The notes under the pieces were generated by a model that worked only from the letters and a program-made list of their open reading frames with translations, was not told where the DNA came from and ran no database searches. DNA of 64,000 nt from Bacillota bacterium (GTDB lineage: Bacteria > Bacillota > Clostridia > Acetivibrionales > DTU013): positions 13 to 64,012 of the forward strand of contig JAEZLF010000288.1 of assembly GCA_023435925.1 (NCBI GenBank). The letters are read 5' to 3'. Of this stretch, positions 18,401 through 26,299 are shown piece by piece (the stretch's first letter is position 1; the number at the start of each line of letters is the position of its first letter). Position numbers and translations under genes: made by a program.

Positions 18401-19500
18401 TAGACCATTACGTGCCTCATTATGATAAAGATGCAGGATCAAGAACCACATTCCAATATCTTAAACTATTTACAGAAATAGGACTTAATGTAAAGTTTAT
18501 TGGCGATAATTTTTACAGGCATGAGCCTTATACCAGTGCTCTCCAGCAATTAGGAGTTGAAGTGTTGTATGGCGTATGGTATAGTGATAATTGGAAAAAG
18601 TGGATTAAGGAAAATGCTGAAGAAATTGATTATGTATATCTGAACCGTCCTCATATTTCGATTAAGTATATTGATTATATTAGAAATAATACAAAAGCTA
18701 AAGTTATATATTATGGGCATGATCTACATTATTTGAGAGAGCTAAGAGAGTATGATATCTCAAGAGACAGTGAAATTCTAAAGTCAGCTGAAAATTGGAA
18801 GAAAATAGAGTTTAAAATCATAGGGAAAGCCGATGCAGTCTACTATCCTTCGCAAATAGAAATTGATGAAATAAGAAAGCATATACCCAAGGTTAATGCG
18901 AAGGCAATACCAGCATATATTTTTGACATAACAGAGTCTACAAATGAGTATATCCCAGAAGACCGAAAAGACATTATGTTTGTAGGAGGTTTTACGCATA
19001 AACCCAATATTGATGCAGTATTATGGTTTGCCAAAAAAATTTATCCATTAGTTTTAAATGAGATTCCGAATATGAAGTTCTATATAATTGGATCAAACCC
19101 TACGGATGAGGTTAGAAAATTAGCGTCAGACAGCATCATAGTTACAGGATTTGTATCTGATGAACAGTTAGACAAATATTATGAGAGTTGTAAACTGACT
19201 GTTGTGCCCCTAAGATATGGTGCTGGAGTCAAGGGTAAAATTGTTGAGGCAATGTTTAAGCAAATGCCTGTAATAACAACGCCAATTGGTGCTGAGGGCT
19301 TAATTAATATTGACAAAGCTTTAGTAACTGCAGAGAGTAATGATGAGTTTGCAAACTACATTATACGGTATTATAATAATGATAATTTACTAGAAGAGTT
19401 AACTAAATCTGCTTTTAATTATGTTAAGAAATACTTTACGAAACAGAGTGTTATAGATTCTCTTAAGAATGACATTGTCATTAATAATAAAATGAGATAA
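15436..19500 (+). CDS. Multidomain glycan synthase/terminator: Zn-ribbon, two class-I SAM methyltransferase domains, coiled coil, GT2, C-terminal GT4-like domain (WsaE-like)
   Basis: CYICGARTDF...CAVCSASL (two CxxC). MT1: FDLIITQDVMEHV...LKNGG. MT2 begins like a stand-alone enzyme: MVKFTGERYIPG...VDAACGEGYGS...LKDDG. Heptad-rich segment at residues about 488-615. GT2: IIIPVYNQ...IIIADDGSTDET...FLNNDT. The last 370 aa or so resemble retaining GT-B enzymes. Confidence 0.8.
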   Translation: MVVTNEKCYICGARTDFNIVSEATLLREAQCAVCSASLRNSDVAKYIVKALLNLDLSLKECIDDLTKFKILEAASSGPIHDMIKDLPFYTCFEYYDGIKPGEYINGVLCNDLQNLTFNSECFDLIITQDVMEHVKNPEKAIKEIQRVLKNGGVHIFSVPLHDYKKTTSRKDLKPVFHGDPLRDGIQVETDWGLDICEIIDRYGMKTVQYNQHTFYESDELTNVDIEYDKYMNSEHINFFKYNSVVFVSQKKQEGDMVKFTGERYIPGKSDSLEMDIEHLQRYYTLGDIVKGKVIVDAACGEGYGSMYLANRASKVIGIDISEETINTAKKIYKRDNLDYLCASIDNIPIEDKSVDIIISYETIEHVDSKTQHGFMSEIKRILKDDGLLIISTPNKEVYSDLFNYKNPHHVKEFNTSDFRFFLKSYFEHVKMYYQRFEVASLINSGEESYIKVVNRDVTPIHNSKYLIAVCSNFDISISMSSIVYEKDRKYIKLIQRIIETQNEIEKLGAWGKQLDEEIRKRDELIGSQNTRIEELSVWGKMLDEEVINKNDILASQNAKIEELSLKAEALENENTTLNKLIKSIETTSEHILDDQEERMQSLLEKEKELDNIYRSRGWRYLLKAYKLEDKIIPLHSKQREVLKAPYFMLKNLKLIVKHTNRENLKKFYSYAKKESPTQVLQHIKSYLNRYKPIAKMELQIYDATDKYEKLSFVYSSHPLVSIIIPVYNQWKYTYSCLCSILQNTAGIEYEIIIADDGSTDETSHIEDYAENVIAIRNTKNLGFLLNCNHAAKQARGKYIMFLNNDTNVQKDWLRYLVELIEKDSKIGMVGSKLVYADGRLQEAGGIIWKDASGWNYGRLDDPEKPEYNYVKEVDYISGASIMIRADLWYKIGGFDERFAPAYCEDSDLAFEVRKHGYKVMFQPKSVVVHFEGISHGTDTGTGIKSYQVKNRERFLDKWEETLKTGQFDNGQNVFLARDRSRNKKSILVIDHYVPHYDKDAGSRTTFQYLKLFTEIGLNVKFIGDNFYRHEPYTSALQQLGVEVLYGVWYSDNWKKWIKENAEEIDYVYLNRPHISIKYIDYIRNNTKAKVIYYGHDLHYLRELREYDISRDSEILKSAENWKKIEFKIIGKADAVYYPSQIEIDEIRKHIPKVNAKAIPAYIFDITESTNEYIPEDRKDIMFVGGFTHKPNIDAVLWFAKKIYPLVLNEIPNMKFYIIGSNPTDEVRKLASDSIIVTGFVSDEQLDKYYESCKLTVVPLRYGAGVKGKIVEAMFKQMPVITTPIGAEGLINIDKALVTAESNDEFANYIIRYYNNDNLLEELTKSAFNYVKKYFTKQSVIDSLKNDIVINNKMR

Positions 19501-19523
19501 ACATTTCGTTGATGATATGAATA

Positions 19524-19532
19524 TGTTATAAT
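19524..19532 (+). promoter_or_regulatory. Candidate extended -10 element ahead of the methyltransferase/heptose genes
   Basis: TGtTATAAT at 19524-19532 in the 70-nt gap after the 1354-aa ORF. No convincing -35. Confidence 0.3.
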
Positions 19533-19570
19533 TTTTAAGTAGCTTAAGGATATGAAAAAGTATAAATAGT

Positions 19571-20356
19571 GTGATATATAAAGTTATGCCCTTAATAAAA
19601 ATTTTCGCAAAGGAATATTGGAGTATGGGAAGATATTATGTTGGTAACCTTGAACTTGATTTTTCCGAAAGCAAAATACATGAGTCAAAAGCGGAGCTTT
19701 TAGAATTATATTGGCTTTATCATCCGAGATTTAGATTCATTAAAAATACGCCCATTCACTCAAAGTTCTTAGATGTTGGAGCAGGTGATGGTGGTTTACA
19801 ATATTGGAAAGAATGGAGATTACCACCGAGGAATGACTTGGAAATGTATGCAATCGATATGCAAAAGGGTAAGTTGTTTTCTAGGTATATTGATTACCAG
19901 ATTTGCAATTTAGATAAAGAATGTATTAAATATGATGATAATTATTTTAATGTTGTGTTCATATCACATGTCTTAGAGCATATTAATGATGAAACTAGAT
20001 TTATACTTGATGTCAATAGAGTCTTAAAAAATGGAGGCAAGCTATATATTGAAATACCTACACCAGAAACAATAAATTATCCAAGCAGAAGACTATTCAT
20101 AGATCAAGGTATTAACGTTTCTACAGTCAATTTCTTTGATGACAACTCTCATCTCAAGACATATGATGCTGAAGAGCTAAAAAGACTGCTACACTCAAAC
20201 GGTTTTAGAATACTTGAGTATGGTGTTATTGAAAATAAATATATAGAAGATAAGCTATTTTCATACGGTATAAAGAATAATGATCAAGAACTGCTAACCT
20301 ATTCTATTTGGTCTAAACTTAGGTGGGCTCAATATATAATTGGCGAGAAGGTGTAG
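19571..20356 (+). CDS. Class-I SAM-dependent methyltransferase
   Basis: Motif [10 protein letters not shown] and post-motif [11 protein letters not shown]...[10 protein letters not shown]. The start is uncertain: GTG at 19571, or ATG at 19586 or 19625. Confidence 0.65.
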   Translation: MIYKVMPLIKIFAKEYWSMGRYYVGNLELDFSESKIHESKAELLELYWLYHPRFRFIKNTPIHSKFLDVGAGDGGLQYWKEWRLPPRNDLEMYAIDMQKGKLFSRYIDYQICNLDKECIKYDDNYFNVVFISHVLEHINDETRFILDVNRVLKNGGKLYIEIPTPETINYPSRRLFIDQGINVSTVNFFDDNSHLKTYDAEELKRLLHSNGFRILEYGVIENKYIEDKLFSYGIKNNDQELLTYSIWSKLRWAQYIIGEKV

Positions 20357-20360
20357 CCTG

Positions 20361-21386
20361 ATGATTGTACGTTCTAAAGCCCCATTAAGATTGGGACTTG
20401 CAGGCGGTGGCACAGATGTGTCTCCATATAGTGATGAGTATGGTGGATATGTATTGAACGCAACAATTGACATGTATGCATATTGTACGATTGAGACCAC
20501 AAATGATAATAAAGTTAGTTTTTATGCTACGGATAGGGAAGAATTTTTTGAAGATGAAGCTAAAGAAAGTCTGATTATTGATGGTTTATTGAGCTTGCAT
20601 AAAGGTATCTATAATAGAATTGTGAGGCAGTATAATAATAGTATTCCACTATCGATTAAGGTTGTTACTTATTCAGACGCGCCTGCGGGTTCTGGGCTTG
20701 GGTCGTCATCAACAATGGTAGTAGCTATTTTGAAGGCATATGTAGAGTTATTAAATTTGCCCTTGGGTGAATATGATATTGCTCACCTGGCATATCAAAT
20801 CGAGCGTTTGGATGTAGGACTAAGTGGAGGGAAACAGGATCAGTATGCGGCAACTTTTGGAGGGTTTAATTTTATCGAGTTTTACTCTTATGATCGGGTC
20901 ATCGTGAACCCCCTGAGAATAAAGAATTGGATTATAAACGAATTGGAAAGTTCAATGATATTATTTTATACCGGGACATCAAGAGAATCAGCTAAAATAA
21001 TACAAGAGCAGGTAAGAAATACTCAGACTAGAGATGCTAGATCACTAAATGCTATGCACGAACTTAAAGCAGATGCACTTATCATGAAAGAGGCTATTTT
21101 AAAGGGTGATATATTAAATTTCGCTAAACACTTGGGAAAGTCATGGGAAGCTAAAAAAACTATGGCAACTTCAATTACGAATCTTGAAATTGATGCTATA
21201 TACGAAGCTGCACTTGAAGCTGGTGCATACGCTGGTAAGGTTACTGGTGCAGGTGGTGGTGGATTTATGATGTTCATTGTTGACCCGGTAAAGAAAATTC
21301 AAGTCATAAGAGAATTGTGTAAGCTGAATGGCCAGGTCGTTAGATTTCATTTTGTAAAGGATGGTACACAAGGATGGAGAGTATAG
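20361..21386 (+). CDS. hddA: D-glycero-alpha-D-manno-heptose 7-phosphate kinase (GHMP family)
   Basis: [23 protein letters not shown] and GHMP motif [11 protein letters not shown]. Context with gmhA, hddC and gmhB supports the call. Confidence 0.8.
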   Translation: MIVRSKAPLRLGLAGGGTDVSPYSDEYGGYVLNATIDMYAYCTIETTNDNKVSFYATDREEFFEDEAKESLIIDGLLSLHKGIYNRIVRQYNNSIPLSIKVVTYSDAPAGSGLGSSSTMVVAILKAYVELLNLPLGEYDIAHLAYQIERLDVGLSGGKQDQYAATFGGFNFIEFYSYDRVIVNPLRIKNWIINELESSMILFYTGTSRESAKIIQEQVRNTQTRDARSLNAMHELKADALIMKEAILKGDILNFAKHLGKSWEAKKTMATSITNLEIDAIYEAALEAGAYAGKVTGAGGGGFMMFIVDPVKKIQVIRELCKLNGQVVRFHFVKDGTQGWRV

Positions 21387-21973
21387 GTGTGGATAAGTTT
21401 ATTAATAATCAAATAGAGAAATCAATCCAAATTAAGCAGTACGTTTTGGATAGTGAAGAGCTTTTATACTTAATAAAGGAAGTTAGCATTATAGCGGTAA
21501 AGGCATACAAGAAAGGTAATAAGATTTTAATAGCAGGAAATGGTGGTAGTGCAGCAGATGCTCAGCACATTGCAGGAGAGCTGGTTAATAAATTCTATTT
21601 TGATAGATCAGGTTTACCTGCAATTGCACTATCAACAGATACATCAGTCCTAACTGCGATAAGTAATGACTATGGATTTGACAGAATATTCGCACGTCAA
21701 ATTCAAGCTAATGGAGTCGCAGGAGATTTGTTTCTTGGAATATCAACATCGGGAGATTCGTCAAATATTATTCTTGCATTGGAAGAATGTAAAAGAAAAG
21801 GAATAATAACGGTAGGGCTTACAGGTCAATCGGGCGGTAGAATGTCGGATATGTGTGATTATTGCATCAAGATTCCATCAGAAGAGACACCAAGAGTCCA
21901 GGAAGCACATATAATGGTTGGACATATTATCTGTTCAATTATTGAAGAAGATATATTTGGGAGAGGATTTTAA
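21374..21973 (+). CDS. gmhA: Sedoheptulose-7-phosphate isomerase (SIS domain)
   Basis: [16 protein letters not shown] and ISTSGDS motifs. The start overlaps the hddA stop; GTG at 21389 is an alternative start. Confidence 0.85.
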   Translation: MESIGVDKFINNQIEKSIQIKQYVLDSEELLYLIKEVSIIAVKAYKKGNKILIAGNGGSAADAQHIAGELVNKFYFDRSGLPAIALSTDTSVLTAISNDYGFDRIFARQIQANGVAGDLFLGISTSGDSSNIILALEECKRKGIITVGLTGQSGGRMSDMCDYCIKIPSEETPRVQEAHIMVGHIICSIIEEDIFGRGF

Positions 21974-22669
21974 ATGGAGGCTATTATATTAGCAGGCGGT
22001 TTTGGCAGTAGACTAAGATCAGTTATATCTGATACCCCAAAACCCATGGCACCGATAGCTAATAAGCCATTTTTGTGCTTTTTATTTGAGTATCTTATTA
22101 AAAACGAGGTTAACAAAGTTATCCTATCCGTCGGCTATAGATATGAAAAAATTGTTGAATATTATGGTAATCAGTATAAAGGAATATCAATTGCATATTC
22201 ATATGAAAGTAGGCCATTAGGGACAGGGGGGGGTATAAAGAAAGCTTTAGCACAAGTGTGTTCAGATGATGTATTTATATTAAACGGAGATACTTATTTT
22301 GATGTTAATTTAAGCAGTCTTTTGCAAAAGCATACCGATACTAATGCTGACATAACTTTATCTTTAAAGCCAATGTGTTACTATAATAGATATGGTTCTG
22401 TGACTACCATGGGTGATAGAGTTGTGAGATTTGAAGAAAAAAAGTTTAAAGAGTATGGTAATATAAATGGTGGAGTATATATTGCGAAAAGCTCAATATT
22501 TGATAAAGTGGAAATGCCAGAAAAATTCTCTTTCGAAGCTGATTTTTTAGATAGAAATGTTGAAACATTAAAAATTCATGCATTTATTGCAGATAGTTAT
22601 TTTATAGACATTGGGATACCTGAAGATTATGAAAAAGCACAAAAGGAGCTTCCTGTATTATATGAATAG
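21974..22669 (+). CDS. hddC: D-glycero-alpha-D-manno-heptose 1-phosphate guanylyltransferase
   Basis: MEAIILAGGFGSRLRSVISDTPKPMAP nucleotidyltransferase signature; about 230 aa. Sits between gmhA and gmhB. Confidence 0.8.
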   Translation: MEAIILAGGFGSRLRSVISDTPKPMAPIANKPFLCFLFEYLIKNEVNKVILSVGYRYEKIVEYYGNQYKGISIAYSYESRPLGTGGGIKKALAQVCSDDVFILNGDTYFDVNLSSLLQKHTDTNADITLSLKPMCYYNRYGSVTTMGDRVVRFEEKKFKEYGNINGGVYIAKSSIFDKVEMPEKFSFEADFLDRNVETLKIHAFIADSYFIDIGIPEDYEKAQKELPVLYE

Positions 22670-23216
22670 AGCACTGTTTCTGGATAGAGATGGAGTAGTA
22701 AACGTTGAGAAAAATTATGTGCATAGAATTAAGGACTTTGAGTTTGTTGAAGGTATATTCGAATTAACTATGTTTTTACAGAGCAAAGGTTATTTAATTT
22801 TTATAATTACAAACCAAGCTGGGATTGCACGAGGTTATTATACAGAAGAGGATTTTAGGATATTAAATGATTGGATGTTAAATGAGTTTATAAAGAGAGG
22901 CTGCAATATTTCCAAGGTATATTTTTGTCCACATCACCCCGTGTATGGTCTGGGAAAATACAAAATAGATTGTGAATGCAGAAAGCCAAAGCCTGGTATG
23001 ATATTGCTAGCTAAAGATGAATTCAATATTGATTTAGAGCAATCTATATTGATTGGTAATTCGGAATCAGATATGGAAGCCGGAATAAATGCTGGAATTG
23101 TTATTAATTATTTGTTAGCGGATGGAAGTACGAATGTAAATGAGAAAAAAGGATATAAAGTTGTAAAAAATTTATTAGACATAATGTACAAAATGCGGCT
23201 AGGGCTATTAATTTGA
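22662..23216 (+). CDS. gmhB: D,D-heptose 1,7-bisphosphate phosphatase (HAD family)
   Basis: LFLDRDGVVN (DxDG motif I), ITNQAG, CECRKPKPGM. The ATG at 22662 overlaps the hddC stop. Confidence 0.85.
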   Translation: MNRALFLDRDGVVNVEKNYVHRIKDFEFVEGIFELTMFLQSKGYLIFIITNQAGIARGYYTEEDFRILNDWMLNEFIKRGCNISKVYFCPHHPVYGLGKYKIDCECRKPKPGMILLAKDEFNIDLEQSILIGNSESDMEAGINAGIVINYLLADGSTNVNEKKGYKVVKNLLDIMYKMRLGLLI

Positions 23217-23291
23217 GTTATTGCAGTTCGACTGAGCCTAAAAGAACAAATATTTAGCTGCTTACATAAAGAATCCTGGAGGAATAGAAGG

Positions 23292-26200
23292 GTGAAAGAT
23301 AAAAACATACAGGAATCGAGAAGTGTTGAAATCAAAGGAATCGGCGTATGGGTTAGTGTATTCATCGCTATCACATTTGGTATTTTTGGGCCACTTGGAT
23401 TATATATAACCAATATAAATGAATTTTGGTTTTCTATAGGAGACATATGGTGGATTGCTTTGCTAGGAGGCTTACTTCTGTTTGCTGTATGCTTTGGAGT
23501 AAATCTTATTTTTAAAGACAAAAAACGCGAAATTTGCGCATGCCTGATATTTGGCGTGTCGTTGGGTTTCTATATTCAGGGGAATTGGGTTACTACTGAT
23601 TACGGGATACTGGATGGTAAAAATATCAATTGGAGTGCATATGCAGACATAGCAATTATAAATACTATGATATGGGTAATATGTTTCATGCTACCATTTG
23701 TCCTACGTCATTTCCTTCCAGAATACTGGAAAAAGATAATTAAGTATGCAGCAATTTTTTTTGTACTCATTCAGATCATTACGCTCGGAACGCTGCTGAT
23801 GACAACGAATCTCAGTCAGAACGATTCTGATACCTATCTGACGACTGACGGACAATTTGAATTATCCAAGAACGAAAATATTGTTATTTTTGTTCTTGAT
23901 GCTTTTGATTCGAGTTATTTAAAGGCGTTAATGGAAGAATACCCAGAACTAACGAGTGCCTTTGATAATTTTACATATTACCCGGACATGGTAGCCGGTG
24001 GAGCAACGACAAAGATTGCCATGCCAGCAATACTGACGGGAGTGCCATACACTCAATCCATCTCTTATTCAGACTACATTAATTATGCATATACGCAGAC
24101 CGATCTTTTTATTAAGCTCAAAGAACAGAATTATTCCACCGGGATATATACGATTCCAACTTTTGTTTCATCATCGCAGAGCGATTTGGTTGATAACCTC
24201 ACGACGGGAAAAACTAAAATAAATTCATATGGTAAGCTTGCAAAATATATCTATCAATTTGCTGCGTTTCGATACATGCCCCATTTATTGAAAAGTAAAT
24301 TCTGGTTTTACAGTGGCATATTTGACGAACTGAAGAGTGGTAGTAATGCCAAAAACTATTCTTATGATAATGTGACATTTTATCAAAACATGATGGAAGA
24401 TGGAATTTCATCCGATATAGAAGGAAATTCATTTAGATTGTACTACCTGCTGGGAGCGCACCCACCTTATGAGATGAATGAATATGCGGAAAAAGTATCG
24501 CCAAATGAAACATCACAACTACAACAGGCAAAAGGCTCTCTTTATATAATTGAGGAGTATATGAATCAACTCAAACAAGCAGGTATTTATGATAACACAG
24601 CCATTATAATTATGGCAGATCATGGCGACATTGGTCATCATCACAATCCTTTATTTATGATAAAATTATTCGGTGAGTCAAAGGATTTTTGTACTTCATA
24701 TGCACCGCTGTCATATTATGACCTACACGCTACGTTGCTATCAATTATAACCGGGAACGATAAAGATTATGGGAAAACGATTTTTGATTTTGAAGAAGGT
24801 GATAAGAGAGAACGCTATTTTTACTTCAATGCGTCTGAGAATTATTTAACATCAATTGTGGAATATGCAATTAACGGGTATGCGGGGGATGATAGTTCTG
24901 TTATAGCGACTGGCAATATCTATACAGGCAATTCTGACGACTCGTTAATTGCGCATGAATATGATTTTGGAACGGTATTGACTTTTGGACCTGATGGAAC
25001 AGCCATGTCGCATTGTATTAGCGGGTTCAGTGGTATTGATATGCTCAACTATACGTGGACAGATGGGAAAACAGCCAAGATGAGATTTGATTTGTCGGAA
25101 ATACCAAATCAGAACCTAATTACTAGTATCAATACGATGGTATACTCCAGTGTTAGATCCCAACGTGTTATCGTTAGGGTCGGGGAAAAGATAGTTCATG
25201 CAGGGATCTACGACAAAACCTCAACAATCGATTTTGTTGTCCCCAAAGAGTTGCTTGACGGCAAGACATTGATACTTGACTTTGAGTTTCCTGATGCTGT
25301 ATGCCCCCAGGAAGTATTCGGCGCAGGTCATGATTCTCGAACTCTTGCATTCGCATTAATGAATATGTCGATATCAGAAGGTATTCTCGAGGATGAAAAT
25401 GAAATATGCAGTTATTCTCTTGGTGATGTTATAGAGTTTACAAGTGAAAAGAACGGTACGAGATATTTCAAAAATGGTATAAACAAAATAGACCAAAACT
25501 ACGCATGGTCATCTGGCAATAAGAGCTGGATGATTATGGAAACCGGTGAAGTTGACAGTAATTTAGTGTGTTTTATAGATTTTGCCAGTGTTTTAAATGG
25601 GAGTCAGCGATTGACTATATCTACAAGAGGAACTACACTATATGATGACATTGTAACTTCTGATAAAAAGACAATAAGCTTTACGATACCGGCAGAATAT
25701 ATAGCCTCACAAACTATTTCCTTAGATTTTGAATATCAAGACGCGGCTTCTCCCAAGAATTTTGGTACTGGTACAGATGTGCGAGTTTTAGCAGTAGCAT
25801 TTAAATCGATTACTATTAAAAGAACCGATGAATATATGAAATTCAAGAAATTATTTTTTACTGACGGAAAAGCTGTGATTAGTTTTTCCGAGGACGGCAA
25901 CGATAAGTTGTATATAACTGAAGGCACAGATTGGTATACTAATCAAAAAACTTATCGCTGGACTGGAAAATATGCAGAACTTCAAACCGATATAGATTCT
26001 GATGTTGATTTGACTATGACTGTCTATGGATATGTCTATCAGCAATCGGGCGGAAGTATCGTTACACTTAATGGAACTGTCGTAGCCAATTTGGATGCTG
26101 GAGATGGTTTTAGGCAATATGAGATAGCGCTGCCAAGTAAACTACTAAAAGCAGACGGATTACAGACTATAGCATTTTCCTCAGAAAATGCGGTATCGCC

Positions 26201-26297
26201 ATTTGATGCGGGTACCGGAAAAGATAAAAGGGAATTGGGGATCGCTCTTAGTACGATCACTTTTGAAAAAGTATCAATTGTAGGTGAGGGTTCATAA
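23292..26297 (+). CDS. Polytopic alkaline-phosphatase-superfamily transferase (LtaS/EptA-like) with three C-terminal repeat modules
   Basis: Five N-terminal hydrophobic helices. Catalytic-domain motifs IVIFVLDAFDSSY, GGATTKIAMPAILTG (Thr nucleophile region as in phosphoethanolamine transferases) and IIIMADHGD. Three modules of about 140 aa each end in FGAGHDSRTLAFALMNMSI, FGTGTDVRVLAVAFKSITI and DAGTGKDKRELGIALSTITF. GTG start after GGAGG. Confidence 0.65.
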   Translation: MKDKNIQESRSVEIKGIGVWVSVFIAITFGIFGPLGLYITNINEFWFSIGDIWWIALLGGLLLFAVCFGVNLIFKDKKREICACLIFGVSLGFYIQGNWVTTDYGILDGKNINWSAYADIAIINTMIWVICFMLPFVLRHFLPEYWKKIIKYAAIFFVLIQIITLGTLLMTTNLSQNDSDTYLTTDGQFELSKNENIVIFVLDAFDSSYLKALMEEYPELTSAFDNFTYYPDMVAGGATTKIAMPAILTGVPYTQSISYSDYINYAYTQTDLFIKLKEQNYSTGIYTIPTFVSSSQSDLVDNLTTGKTKINSYGKLAKYIYQFAAFRYMPHLLKSKFWFYSGIFDELKSGSNAKNYSYDNVTFYQNMMEDGISSDIEGNSFRLYYLLGAHPPYEMNEYAEKVSPNETSQLQQAKGSLYIIEEYMNQLKQAGIYDNTAIIIMADHGDIGHHHNPLFMIKLFGESKDFCTSYAPLSYYDLHATLLSIITGNDKDYGKTIFDFEEGDKRERYFYFNASENYLTSIVEYAINGYAGDDSSVIATGNIYTGNSDDSLIAHEYDFGTVLTFGPDGTAMSHCISGFSGIDMLNYTWTDGKTAKMRFDLSEIPNQNLITSINTMVYSSVRSQRVIVRVGEKIVHAGIYDKTSTIDFVVPKELLDGKTLILDFEFPDAVCPQEVFGAGHDSRTLAFALMNMSISEGILEDENEICSYSLGDVIEFTSEKNGTRYFKNGINKIDQNYAWSSGNKSWMIMETGEVDSNLVCFIDFASVLNGSQRLTISTRGTTLYDDIVTSDKKTISFTIPAEYIASQTISLDFEYQDAASPKNFGTGTDVRVLAVAFKSITIKRTDEYMKFKKLFFTDGKAVISFSEDGNDKLYITEGTDWYTNQKTYRWTGKYAELQTDIDSDVDLTMTVYGYVYQQSGGSIVTLNGTVVANLDAGDGFRQYEIALPSKLLKADGLQTIAFSSENAVSPFDAGTGKDKRELGIALSTITFEKVSIVGEGS

Positions 26298-26299
26298 TA

